Below, piece after piece: positions 44,941 through 53,160 of a DNA stretch of 64,000 nucleotides. This DNA comes from Patescibacteria group bacterium (GTDB taxonomy: Bacteria > Patescibacteriota > Patescibacteriia > 2-12-FULL-60-25), in the NCBI GenBank assembly GCA_041661725.1, contig JBAZTX010000003.1, forward strand, positions 218,794 to 282,793. The letters are read 5' to 3'. How positions within the stretch are numbered: the first letter of the stretch is position 1; the number at the start of each line of letters is the position of its first letter. The position numbers and the translations under genes are program-made. The notes beneath the pieces were generated by a model, which saw only the letters and a program-made list of their open reading frames with translations, was not told the DNA's origin and did not search any database.

Positions 44941-45372
44941 TTAAGCCTCCAGCCTGCGCAAGACATCCAGCATGGGAGCTTTTGCAATATTTACTTCCAA
45001 AACTTTTGTCACAATTGTTTTAATATTACTCGGCAATCCGTCTTGCAACCGGCGGCACATTTCCGCAGGCATAATCAGGTTGATGGATTGAATGTCGTTT
45101 GATTTTTGAAGTTCTACTATTTTATCGACAATCTGTTTTGTATATCGAACGCGTCTCGCTCCTTCGTCCACGTCTGTCGATGGATTTGCCGTGCGTCCTC
45201 CGCCGATCGTTACAGAACCTTCCGTATCCGGTTGGTGCAATTCCGGCGCTTCTATCGTCGCGACTTCCGTAAGATCTTTGTCGTGTGCAAGATGAATGAC
45301 AGCATGTTCAAAATCACCGACTACGATTAACGTCGGATGTTCGTAGTGTTGAAGCTCTTGTGGGATCTGCAT
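44941..45372 (-). CDS. Host-attachment-protein / baeRF (eRF1-like) family protein
   Basis: 143 aa. The C-terminal pattern INLIMPAEMCRRLQDGLPSNIKTIVTKVLEVNIAKAPMLDVL resembles the L.APP..LG.LR..L......KDL....P pattern of that family. Its start overlaps the gpsA 3' end by 59 nt. Confidence 0.5.
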   Translation of the reverse strand: MQIPQELQHYEHPTLIVVGDFEHAVIHLAHDKDLTEVATIEAPELHQPDTEGSVTIGGGRTANPSTDVDEGARRVRYTKQIVDKIVELQKSNDIQSINLIMPAEMCRRLQDGLPSNIKTIVTKVLEVNIAKAPMLDVLRRLEA

Positions 45373-46363
45373 ATTGCAAGTTGGTTAAATAATTAACAAA
45401 CGGTTTGCTGAAATCCTTTTTGTTACGTATGCATTTTTGAATAACCGTGAGCAAAGGAGTTTTGACGTTTAATTTTTTTGCGAGTTTCAATCCCGTATCA
45501 GTGGCTGCAATACCTTCGACCGTTCTAATACCAAGTTTGTGCGGTTCGCTGCGGCGCGCATGCATCAGTTTTTCGCCGTACAAGCGATTGCGTCCGTGCG
45601 AAGAAAATCCCGTCACCAGCAAATCGCCTAGTCCCGCAAGCGACGTCGCTGTATTTGTGTCAGCTCCGGCTTTGGAAAGCAGCTCGGACATCTCGCGGAT
45701 TGCGATTGTAACGATTATTGATTTTGTATTGGTCGGATATTTTAGTCCGTCGCAAAAACCCATGGCAATGGCATAAGCGTTTTTAAGCGCTCCGGCCAAA
45801 CTGACGCCCAATAAATCATCTGAAAGTTCTGTTTTAACGTTTCTGCCTTTGATTATTTCGGAAACTGTTTGACGCGCTTTTGCATTTTGACCTGCAATGA
45901 CAAAAGCCATCGTCGCGTCTTTGACTATTTCGTTGGCAATAGCCGGTCCGCCCAGCATACAAACGCGTTCGCTAAGTTGTCTTGACAGCACTTTTTGCAA
46001 ATATACGGCCATCGGATCAAGCGTATTTTCATTCAGCCCCTTTGAAATGGTTACAACTAAAGTATCCCTTTTAAGATATGGTTTGGCAAGCAGCATCACC
46101 ACGTCAACGGCATTTGACGGAACGGCTACGATTACGAGTTTTGCATCTTTAAGACTTGCTTCGATATCGCCGGTCGCACTGACATTCTCTGGCAACTTAA
46201 CGCCTTTCAAATATTTATTGTTGCGATGCTTTTTATTGATGCGCTTTTCGACTTTCTTCTCGATGCAATAAAGACTGACGTGATGCCCGAGATTCCCAAG
46301 ATGCCATGCGAGCGCCGTTGCCATATTTCCTGCGCCCAATATTGAAATGTGCTGTTTTGTCAT
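45314..46363 (-). CDS. gpsA: NAD(P)H-dependent glycerol-3-phosphate dehydrogenase
   Basis: ISILGAGNMATALAWHL Rossmann motif, KGLNENT, GGPAIANEI, LKNAYAIAMGFCDGL. Confidence 0.9.
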   Translation of the reverse strand: MTKQHISILGAGNMATALAWHLGNLGHHVSLYCIEKKVEKRINKKHRNNKYLKGVKLPENVSATGDIEASLKDAKLVIVAVPSNAVDVVMLLAKPYLKRDTLVVTISKGLNENTLDPMAVYLQKVLSRQLSERVCMLGGPAIANEIVKDATMAFVIAGQNAKARQTVSEIIKGRNVKTELSDDLLGVSLAGALKNAYAIAMGFCDGLKYPTNTKSIIVTIAIREMSELLSKAGADTNTATSLAGLGDLLVTGFSSHGRNRLYGEKLMHARRSEPHKLGIRTVEGIAATDTGLKLAKKLNVKTPLLTVIQKCIRNKKDFSKPFVNYLTNLQYADPTRASTLRTSDVNRSR

Positions 46364-46376
46364 AAGGACATTTTAA

Positions 46377-46473
46377 CAAAAAACGTACATCGCGTACATA
46401 GCGTGCATAGCGTACATCGCGTTTTTTTTCGCCATGTACGTCAGGTACGCGATGTACGTTATGTACGCTTCGC
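46377..46473. repeat. PE-2 palindromic element, copy 2 (left flank of GC-rich cassette)
   Basis: aaaaaacgtacatcgcgtacatagcgtgcatagcgtacatcgcg-ttttttttcgcc-atgtacgtcaggtacgcgatgtacgttatgtacg. Confidence 0.8.
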
Positions 46474-46475
46474 GT

Positions 46476-46518
46476 AGAAACACATCGAGCCCGATCAGGA
46501 GTAAACCTGTCGGGCTCG
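46476..46518 (-). terminator. Intrinsic terminator of 46542-47021
   Basis: Minus strand: cgagcccga-loop-tcgggctcg followed by atgtgtttct. Confidence 0.65.
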
Positions 46519-46541
46519 GAAAGTGGCGCGCGTTCTGCGGA

Positions 46542-47021
46542 TCAGAACGCCTGCGCCCTGAGGATGATGTTGTTGGAGACGGCCAAGATCTTGACTGACT
46601 CGAGAGAGATCTCGTTGCCATGAAGATCGACTGCGAAGAAGTTGCAATCTTCTGCTCCGATCTTCTCCATGAACTCGAGATCGTGGCACACGGTCATGCA
46701 GATGCATGCCTGTTTTGCGCCGATCGTCGGCCTGAATCCGACGTAGTACCCGGCACGTGCATGTTCTGCACCGACCCTGCAGAAGACCCCCATCTTGCGG
46801 GTGTACTTCGACTTTGCATTCGTCACCAGACCGTCTGTCGGCGTGGCGCAGGCATCTCCCTTGACCAGCGTGCCGTTGATCGGCCCGCTGAAATTCATCC
46901 AACCGTAGAAGATACGCAGGGCGAGCCATGACCACACGATCTCGCCGACGTTCTTGCGATTGAAGTGGTAGGCCTCGGATCGCGCGCTCAGGAAGGCGAT
47001 GATTGCCATCAGAGTCTTCAT
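46542..47021 (-). CDS. GC-rich, Cys-rich secreted hypothetical protein
   Basis: 159 aa from ATG 47021 (MKTLMAIIAFLSARSEA signal-like), SD aaggaga, 8 Cys. The ORF-track N-terminal extension (to 47243) reads through the promoter and a repeat. Confidence 0.65.
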   Translation of the reverse strand: MKTLMAIIAFLSARSEAYHFNRKNVGEIVWSWLALRIFYGWMNFSGPINGTLVKGDACATPTDGLVTNAKSKYTRKMGVFCRVGAEHARAGYYVGFRPTIGAKQACICMTVCHDLEFMEKIGAEDCNFFAVDLHGNEISLESVKILAVSNNIILRAQAF

Positions 47022-47088
47022 TATCTGTCTCCTTGTAAAGAACGGCAAAGCCGCCTCTTTGTTGACGTAAAAAACGACTATGAGGCTA

Positions 47089-47117
47089 AGTATAGCATAA
47101 AAATGGGGTTTTGTCAA
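47089..47117 (-). promoter_or_regulatory. Near-consensus sigma70 promoter for 46542-47021
   Basis: Minus strand reads TTGACA, 17 nt spacer, TATACT. Confidence 0.7.
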
Positions 47118-47121
47118 CCCC

Positions 47122-47218
47122 CGCCACGCGTACTTAACGTACATAACGTTCATAACGTACCTGACGTCGTCGGACGCTATGCACGCGATGTACGTGATGT
47201 ACGTTAGGTACGTTATGG
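47122..47218. repeat. PE-2 palindromic element, copy 3 (right flank of GC-rich cassette, inverted relative to copy 2)
   Basis: cgcgtacttaacgtacataacgttcataacgtacctgacgt...acgctatgcacgcgatgtacgtgatgtacgttaggtacg. It aligns best with the reverse complement of 46377-46473 (shared gcgtac.taacgtacat, gtacctgacgt, acgctatgcacgc). Confidence 0.75.
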
Positions 47219-47220
47219 TC

Positions 47221-48330
47221 CTATTGTTTGATGAGCGGTACAACTATTCTGTATCTTTGCGGACCTAGATTTGTAGATCTGACGGCCTCGGCCACAACTG
47301 CTGGTACAAGATATGAGTAATCGTAAGTTTGAGTTTTGGAAAGTCTGACAAAGGCAAAAGAAATATCTGTGATTTGTTTATAGCCAGGCAGGTCACCTGC
47401 AAGTCCGCCGCGTTCCAATAGGCTTTGCAGGGTCGCGGTATCAATGGCAGCGTAATCAGATCTTTGCGGTTCGTCGGGGAAAGTCATCCAGCCCGAAACC
47501 ATTTCGCCGGTTTGTGAATTAACCAAAATTTGTCCGCCCAGTTCCGGCTGCCCGTCTTTATCCACGATATTCCAGCCGTCGAGAAAGCGTTCAAAAGAAA
47601 CGGGCAAGATGCTTGGGTAGCTTGCAACGCATCCTGTCGTCGGTACTTCTGGCAAAGCGGGCGGAGCTTTGTCAAACATTTGGTCGGAAGTTTGCAGCGC
47701 GACGATTTGATTGCGAACGTCTGTCGGCGCGCAGCCTTGCAGTCTGTCGAGCTTGTCGAGCCAGACGCTCCATGCCGGGGCGATTTGAATATTTTTTAAC
47801 AACTGTTCGTTGATGCCGCGTAGTTTTAAAAATACGTCGACTTTATCTATCAGTTGCTCGTTGCCCATCCATGAATTGACGATGGGATTTTTGGGTTTTG
47901 TCGTGTCATTCGTAAAAGTCAGTTTATGATCAAGCGAATAATATTTCCAAACAGCGCTTTCTTTGTTGGTCCACGTAAGTGCGTAGCCAAGATTGCGAGT
48001 GTCATCGCCGACAAGACCGGCTGGCAAGCCGATGGCCTGGGTCAAGTTTTGAAATTCAGTCAGATTCAAATCGCCGGCGGGTAAACGCACAACAGTCACA
48101 GTCGGCTGTATTGTCGGCAGATCTGTATCGATGTTTATCACGTCGGTGCTTTTGCCTGTCGGAAAATTAATTTTTGGCAAGATTCCAAAACCGCCGTTTT
48201 GCGAAGGAGCGCCTCCGATTTCCGCAGGGCCGAGCGTTTCCGCAATCTGCGGGACTGTAATCGGTTGATTGCAGCCGGCAGCCATCAAGGGCACGACAAT
48301 CAGCAGAAGGAACGAATGTTTTGGTCTCAT
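47221..48330 (-). CDS. Hypothetical lipoprotein
   Basis: MRPKHSFLLLIVVPLMAAGC lipobox, 369 aa. I recognise no catalytic motif. Confidence 0.7.
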   Translation of the reverse strand: MRPKHSFLLLIVVPLMAAGCNQPITVPQIAETLGPAEIGGAPSQNGGFGILPKINFPTGKSTDVINIDTDLPTIQPTVTVVRLPAGDLNLTEFQNLTQAIGLPAGLVGDDTRNLGYALTWTNKESAVWKYYSLDHKLTFTNDTTKPKNPIVNSWMGNEQLIDKVDVFLKLRGINEQLLKNIQIAPAWSVWLDKLDRLQGCAPTDVRNQIVALQTSDQMFDKAPPALPEVPTTGCVASYPSILPVSFERFLDGWNIVDKDGQPELGGQILVNSQTGEMVSGWMTFPDEPQRSDYAAIDTATLQSLLERGGLAGDLPGYKQITDISFAFVRLSKTQTYDYSYLVPAVVAEAVRSTNLGPQRYRIVVPLIKQ

Positions 48331-48454
48331 ACGCCGTATATAATACCTCTTTTTATGACTTCTTGACACCCGTACCGGTTTGCTATATATTCCTAGCCAG
48401 CCACTAGGCTTTTGTCCGGTGCTACATGCTCCATGTTATGTGTTACATGACCAT

Positions 48455-48862
48455 ATGAACAGTTTATTTCGCGTTTCCGCGCGCAATCATGCGGGATTGA
48501 TCCTTATGACGATGATTGCCGAAGCCAAAAGCTCCGGTGATTTTGTGAGCTTAAAAGATGTTGCCGGGCGCATGAGTCTTTCACAAGGCTTTTTGGAAGA
48601 GATCGCCATGGCGCTGAAAAAGTCCGGTTTGATCAAGGGCCGCAAAGGACCGGGCGGCGGATACAGATTGGCCAAGCCTGCATCAAAAATTACGGCTGAA
48701 CAGATTTTAACTGCACTCGAAGGTCCGATTGCGCTTGTTGAATGCAACGGCGGAAAGTGTCCCGTCGCTTCGCATTGCTCTTCCAAGTCGCTTTGGAACT
48801 TTTTGCAAAAAGACGTTTTAGCTTCATTAAAAAAGACGACACTCGCTAAGTTGGTAAATTAA
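48455..48862 (+). CDS. Rrf2-family transcriptional regulator (IscR-like)
   Basis: wHTH SLKDVAGRMSLSQGFLEEIAMALKKSGLIKGRKGPGGGYRL and Cys ligands VECNGGKCPVASHC. First ATG used; the upstream extension is made of gttacatg-type repeat words. Confidence 0.85.
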   Translation: MNSLFRVSARNHAGLILMTMIAEAKSSGDFVSLKDVAGRMSLSQGFLEEIAMALKKSGLIKGRKGPGGGYRLAKPASKITAEQILTALEGPIALVECNGGKCPVASHCSSKSLWNFLQKDVLASLKKTTLAKLVN

Positions 48863-48863
48863 T

Positions 48864-50231
48864 ATGTCTGAATCCCCATTGTCATTTCGACCGAAGCGTA
48901 AAAGCGAAGTGGAGAAATCTCATCGCTCAAAACCTTCAACAGCTCATCGAGTTGGTCATGGTTTGAGATCGGTTTATTTGGATAACGCCGCAGCCTCGCC
49001 GCTTGATGCAAAAGTTTTAAAAGCGATGTTGCCTTATTTTAGTTCCATTGCTGCTAACCCGTCATCTTTACATTCCGCGGGACAAGCTGCTAACAAAGCC
49101 GTGACACAGGCGCGAAAGTCAATTGCTGAAATCATAAATGGCCATGCCGATGAGATCATTTTTACTTCGGGGGGAACCGAGTCGGATAATTTGGCGATTA
49201 ACGGTGTCATTGCGGAATGTCGTACAACGTACAACGTACAACGTACCAACGTCGAAAGCGGGTTGCCGCATGTCGTCACGACCGCGATCGAGCACCATGC
49301 GATATTGGAGTTGCTGACGCGTTTACAAAAGAAGGGCGAGATTGATTTGACTATCGTCAAACCGCAAAAGAATGGCGTCGTGAAAGTCGACGACGTGATG
49401 TCGGCCATAAATGACAGAACCGTCTTGGTCAGTGTTATGTATGCCAACAACGAGATCGGCACGATCCAACCAATCGGCGATATCGGACGGGCGATACTCA
49501 AATATCGAAGCTCGAAGCTCGAATCTCGAAACATCGAACGTGGTACGTCGTACGATGTACGTGGCACGTTTCCTTTGTTTCATTCCGACGCCTGTCAGGC
49601 CGCGGGTTATCTTGATTTGAATGTTGAAAAATTGCATGTTGATTTGCTGACTTTAAACGGCGGAAAAATTTACGGACCAAAAGGCATCGGATTTTTGTTT
49701 GTCCGCCGCGGAGTAAAACTTGCACCGACTGTTATCGGCGGAGGTCAGGAAAGAGGTTTAAGATCCGGCACGGAAAACGTGCCGGGAATCGTCGGCATGG
49801 CAAAAGCATTGGAGCTGGCGCAAAAAGATCGCGATAAAGAATCAAAACGTCTTGCGCAGCTTCGCGACAGATTGATAAAAGGACTTTTACGCATTCCAAA
49901 GTCGCGCTTAAACGGCGATCCTGTCGAGCGTTTGCCTAATAACGTTAACATCTCGTTTATGGACATCGAGGGCGAGGCAGCGATGTTGTACTTGGATGCA
50001 AAAGGCATCTCGTGTTCAACCGGTTCGGCCTGTGCATCAACTTCGCTCGATCCATCGCATGTCATTCTCGCACTCGGCATGTCGTACGAAGCTGCACACG
50101 GTTCACTTCGTTTTTCTCTCGGTCACGACACGACAAAGTCGGACGTTGACTACGTAATAAAAGTAATGCCCGGCATTGTCGAGATGCTGCGCAAGATTAG
50201 TCCGGTAACATTGGACATGTCGCATTTCTAA
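48864..50231 (+). CDS. iscS: Cysteine desulfurase (NifS/IscS class) with three repeat-derived in-frame segments
   Basis: VYLDNAA, FTSGGTESDNLAI, HSDACQAAG and active-site loop STGSACAS. The true start is uncertain because the first ~30 codons derive from a gtcatttcgaccgaagcg repeat. Confidence 0.9.
   Translation: MSESPLSFRPKRKSEVEKSHRSKPSTAHRVGHGLRSVYLDNAAASPLDAKVLKAMLPYFSSIAANPSSLHSAGQAANKAVTQARKSIAEIINGHADEIIFTSGGTESDNLAINGVIAECRTTYNVQRTNVESGLPHVVTTAIEHHAILELLTRLQKKGEIDLTIVKPQKNGVVKVDDVMSAINDRTVLVSVMYANNEIGTIQPIGDIGRAILKYRSSKLESRNIERGTSYDVRGTFPLFHSDACQAAGYLDLNVEKLHVDLLTLNGGKIYGPKGIGFLFVRRGVKLAPTVIGGGQERGLRSGTENVPGIVGMAKALELAQKDRDKESKRLAQLRDRLIKGLLRIPKSRLNGDPVERLPNNVNISFMDIEGEAAMLYLDAKGISCSTGSACASTSLDPSHVILALGMSYEAAHGSLRFSLGHDTTKSDVDYVIKVMPGIVEMLRKISPVTLDMSHF
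49221..49255. repeat. cgtacaa stutter block in frame in iscS
   Basis: cgtacaacgtacaacgtacaacgtaccaacgtcg encodes RTTYNVQRTNV, placed between the conserved NLAI and HV.T..IEH blocks. Confidence 0.8.
49503..49568. repeat. cgaagctcgaa + gtacg stutter block in frame in iscS
   Basis: atatcgaagctcgaagctcgaatctcgaaacatcgaacgtggtacgtcgtacgatgtacgtggcacg encodes YRSSKLESRNIERGTSYDVRGT, just before FHSDACQ. Confidence 0.8.
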
Positions 50232-50245
50232 CTTAATGACTTGTC

Positions 50246-50362
50246 TGTCATTCCGAGCGAAGTGCCCAAACTCATGGCACGTAGTCGAGGAATCCCTTGT
50301 TAAACAGTTGGATTGTTATGTAAGGGATCCCTCCACTTCGCTACGCTACGGTCGGGATGACA
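50246..50362. mobile_element. MITE-like imperfect palindrome (gtcattccgagcgaag family)
   Basis: tgtcattccgagcgaagtg...gaggaatccctt / aagggatccctccacttcgctacgctacggtcgggatgaca, intergenic between iscS and nifU. Confidence 0.7.
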
Positions 50363-50372
50363 AATAGAACTT

Positions 50373-51029
50373 ATGACCAAACCTACCACAAACTCACCAG
50401 ACATAACTCCGCGCAAAAACTCGGACGGCGGTTTTTATTCGGATGTCGTTAAAGATCATTTTTTTCATCCCAAGAATTTCATGGAAGATGAATCCGCTTA
50501 TAAGGCCGACGGACAAGGCGTTGTCGGATCTCCGGCCTGTGGCGATGTTATGCGCGTTTGGATTAAAGTCGATCCAAAAACGGAACGCGTTACTGATTGC
50601 CGTTGGAAAACTTTTGGATGCGCTTCTGCGATCGCCGCGACTTCCATGATGTCGACGATGGTTATTGAAAACAACGGCATGACTCTCGATCAGGCGCGTC
50701 AAATCCGTCCGCAAGATATTATGGAGCGCCTCGGCGGTTTGCCTGCACGCAAAATCCATTGTTCCGTTTTGGGAGACAAAGCTCTGCGCTCCGCGATCAA
50801 CGATTATTATCGTAAGTCGGGACAAATCGACAAGATCGAAATCGAGCAGGGCCGCGTCATCGACAAGGTTTTGAAAATCACAGATCACGACATCGAGGAA
50901 GCCGTGCTCGAAGGCGCAGATACATTGGACAAGATCCAATCCAAAACAAAAGTCGGCACCGGCGATCCTTCCTGCATTCCGGAAGTCGAGCAGCTGATGA
51001 AGTTTTATAAGGAGAAGTATTTCGGATAA
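50373..51029 (+). CDS. nifU: Fe-S cluster scaffold, IscU/NifU N-domain + BFD-like middle domain
   Basis: GSPACGDVMRVWIKV, WKTFGCASAIAATS, HCSVLGDKAL and the C-terminal ITDHDIEEAVLEGADTLDKIQSKTKVGTG. Confidence 0.85.
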   Translation: MTKPTTNSPDITPRKNSDGGFYSDVVKDHFFHPKNFMEDESAYKADGQGVVGSPACGDVMRVWIKVDPKTERVTDCRWKTFGCASAIAATSMMSTMVIENNGMTLDQARQIRPQDIMERLGGLPARKIHCSVLGDKALRSAINDYYRKSGQIDKIEIEQGRVIDKVLKITDHDIEEAVLEGADTLDKIQSKTKVGTGDPSCIPEVEQLMKFYKEKYFG

Positions 51030-51082
51030 ATTTAATTGTCATTGCGAGGGAAGTCGGAGCGACGTGGCAATCTTCAAATGGA

Positions 51083-51107
51083 AACAGCTGCCGAGAGCAG
51101 CTGTTTT
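51083..51107. terminator. Hairpin terminator
   Basis: aacagctgc-cgaga-gcagctgtt followed by ttgttt. Confidence 0.65.
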
Positions 51108-51113
51108 GTTTAT

Positions 51114-51193
51114 AACAAAATAGCTCCGAACCAACTATTGCTAATTGACTCGGAGCTATTCCTATCTATTGAGACCCGATAGGAAGGGTGAGA
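51114..51193. repeat. 80 nt perfect direct repeat, copy 1 (two-hairpin element)
   Basis: aacaaaatagctccgaaccaactattgctaattgactcggagctattcctatctattgagacccgataggaagggtgaga is identical to 51808-51887 (offset 694 nt). It contains an 11 bp stem (aatagctccga/tcggagctatt) and an 8 bp stem (ttcctatc/gataggaa). Weaker similarity extends ~15 nt on both sides. Confidence 0.9.
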
Positions 51194-51223
51194 GAGTTGG
51201 AGGCGGACTACGAGTGAGGCGCT

Positions 51224-51721
51224 TCAGCCTAAGGAGACCTCGATCAAGTCGGACTGCCATCTTTTGTCGTCGCCTTCCGGGCTTGCAAGCTCCTTCCAAA
51301 GCTCCTTGACCTCGGCGAGGAGCGCATCGACTCCGGCCTCATCGGCCTTGCGCCACGGCGACCTTTGCTTCCTGTCTGTACAGTACTGCAGGTTGTCGTG
51401 ACCCTCGATTCGGACCTCGAACCAGAGGCGCACTGCCCAGCGTTCGTCCATGTGGAACACCTTGCTTGACGTGTCCACGACCTTCCAGCAGCGACCGGGG
51501 CCGACCTTCTCGATCTGGATTGCAAACTGCGTGGAGTCCACGTGCTCGCTGAATCCGGTGAGGCAGATCCTAACCTCGGAGTTGGGGAGATCGTTCTCGA
51601 GCCTCGCGACAAGCTTCGCTATCGCTGCGTACGATTCCGGCCGTGTACGGCCTGGGCTGAAGGTTGCGAAGATCTGTTTCAGGGCGTCCAGTCCTACTTC
51701 GATGAGCGGTCTCTCTTCCAT
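51224..51721 (-). CDS. Hypothetical protein (GC-rich cassette flanked by the 80 nt repeats)
   Basis: 165 aa from the second ATG, which follows SD gaaggagg. I recognise no motif. Confidence 0.65.
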   Translation of the reverse strand: MEERPLIEVGLDALKQIFATFSPGRTRPESYAAIAKLVARLENDLPNSEVRICLTGFSEHVDSTQFAIQIEKVGPGRCWKVVDTSSKVFHMDERWAVRLWFEVRIEGHDNLQYCTDRKQRSPWRKADEAGVDALLAEVKELWKELASPEGDDKRWQSDLIEVSLG

Positions 51722-51749
51722 TGCTACCTCCTTCATCGTTGGTACGGGT

Positions 51750-51778
51750 TATTTAGCACCTTCAGTACTGACGGTCAA
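51750..51778 (-). promoter_or_regulatory. Sigma70-type promoter for 51224-51721
   Basis: Minus strand reads TTGACC, 17 nt spacer, TAAATA. Confidence 0.55.
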
Positions 51779-51807
51779 GCCAAAAAAACGACAGCTGTTA
51801 TATAAAA

Positions 51808-51887
51808 AACAAAATAGCTCCGAACCAACTATTGCTAATTGACTCGGAGCTATTCCTATCTATTGAGACCCGATAGGAAGGGTGAGA
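51808..51887. repeat. 80 nt perfect direct repeat, copy 2
   Basis: Identical to 51114-51193. It lies ~45 nt downstream of the stop of 51937-52185. Confidence 0.9.
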
Positions 51888-51936
51888 AAGGTGGGTGGCT
51901 AGTCGTCCTCGTAGTCGTAGTACTCCTCGGTTTGCC

Positions 51937-52185
51937 CTAGCGGTTACGTGCGTGAGTTCTCGCCCGCTCGAAGTTGAAGTCGTCGAACAATTGGAAGACA
52001 ACGATGAGCATCCAGAAGCAAATGCTCAGAGTTGCCATTCCGACAGTCTCGAGCTTCAGAGTCTCCACGTCGCTGATTCCTCGCGCGGTGATCATGAGGA
52101 TCCAGCTCATCGCGAACAATGGTACTGTGATGATGGTTGCGAAGAGCGCCGCGTCTTTTACGCACGATAGCAAGATCTTGAACAT
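51937..52185 (-). CDS. Small two-TM membrane protein, hypothetical (GC-rich)
   Basis: 82 aa, ATG start, SD gggaga, two hydrophobic helices. Confidence 0.55.
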   Translation of the reverse strand: MFKILLSCVKDAALFATIITVPLFAMSWILMITARGISDVETLKLETVGMATLSICFWMLIVVFQLFDDFNFERARTHARNR

Positions 52186-52209
52186 GAGATTCTCCCTCGC
52201 GTTTTATGT

Positions 52210-52467
52210 TCAAAGCCAGCGGTTGTCGAGGTTGTGATGGAAGTCGCATTCCTCGGCATAGCGCTGGCGGAGTCGCCTGGGTGAGAAAATGAATTCGCCG
52301 ACCAAGGCCGCACGGCAGTCTTCGGGTGTGATAGGCCACAACCTGCGCAACATACGCAGATCCTCGCGCACTGTCTCCATTACACGGGGTGCTGCAGCCC
52401 AGAGCCCGACGATGTAGTAGAAACCAATGATGTTCAGGATCGTGCGAATCGCTCTTGTCATAGCCAT
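52210..52467 (-). CDS. Small membrane-anchored hypothetical protein (GC-rich)
   Basis: 85 aa from MAMTRAIRTILNIIGFYYIVGLWAA, SD aaggag. Confidence 0.55.
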   Translation of the reverse strand: MAMTRAIRTILNIIGFYYIVGLWAAAPRVMETVREDLRMLRRLWPITPEDCRAALVGEFIFSPRRLRQRYAEECDFHHNLDNRWL

Positions 52468-52578
52468 CTCCTTGTGGTGGAAGTTGCGAAACCGGTTACT
52501 GCCCCCGAATGAGACAAGCAAATTATCTCCTTTGGGGGAAGTTGCTCGCCGACTGGGTGCCGGCGAGCGAGGGTGGGA

Positions 52579-52965
52579 CTAATGATTGCAGAGTTTTGAG
52601 GTGAACCCGGCCAGCGTGCGTGTGATCGCGCCGAGCTTGAGGAGGCGAGCAAACTGTCCGTTGAATCGCGAAAGATGCACCCACTCGTCCTCTGTCCAGC
52701 GGTGCCAACTCCATGGAAATACCTGGAACCAGACACGTTCGAACGAGGACTTCTGATCATCGGGGAATCCGATGGGCCAGCCGTCGGCACCGAAGAACTC
52801 TGTCCGAGGGATCTCGCATTCCGTGACGCTCGCGCTGGGAGAATTCTCGGCGGTGAAATCCACTTTGAACACCGCTCCCGACGGCCAGGAATCAACATTC
52901 TCCGCTTCATCACGGAACGTGGGGCGCGGATCGTCTTCAGTGCCGAGAAAGTTGCTGCGGTTCAT
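52579..52965 (-). CDS. Hypothetical Trp-rich soluble protein (GC-rich)
   Basis: 128 aa from the first ATG. The ORF-track start at 52998 is TTG, so the start is uncertain. Confidence 0.5.
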   Translation of the reverse strand: MNRSNFLGTEDDPRPTFRDEAENVDSWPSGAVFKVDFTAENSPSASVTECEIPRTEFFGADGWPIGFPDDQKSSFERVWFQVFPWSWHRWTEDEWVHLSRFNGQFARLLKLGAITRTLAGFTSKLCNH

Positions 52966-53160
52966 GATCTCTCTGTCGTCTTGAGGGAACAGCGACAAAT
53001 ATCCGTCGCGCTTTAGCCGTTGATGCGGCTCCTCAAGACAGGTACTGTTTTATCAGTTCAATGTGCACCTCTTTGATTCCGGGGGTTGGATGATTTCCGG
53101 AATGCGTGACAATGATTTGGGTACAAATCAACATTACGCATTTCATAAATCTGATGCAAT

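Noticed and set aside
37928-47218. The many short repeats (gtacat blocks, stutter words, hairpins) might be CRISPR arrays.
   Set aside because: The units are 7-10 nt words or single palindromes. There are no regularly spaced 25-40 nt direct repeats with unique spacers, and no cas genes are in the window.
46373-47243. ORFs 46373-46621(-) and 46495-46935(-), and the 74-codon N-terminal extension of 46542-47243, might be real coding sequence.
   Set aside because: They read through PE-2 repeat words, the promoter and the terminator. The ATG at 47021 with SD aaggaga and a signal-peptide-like start explains the locus better.
51098-51900. The 80 nt two-hairpin direct repeats might be integron attC sites.
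   Set aside because: No intI gene or attI site is in the window. I could not find the RYYYAAC / GTTRRRY core sites at the element ends. The flanked gene carries its own promoter, unlike typical promoterless cassettes. I kept it as an open cassette-boundary hypothesis only.
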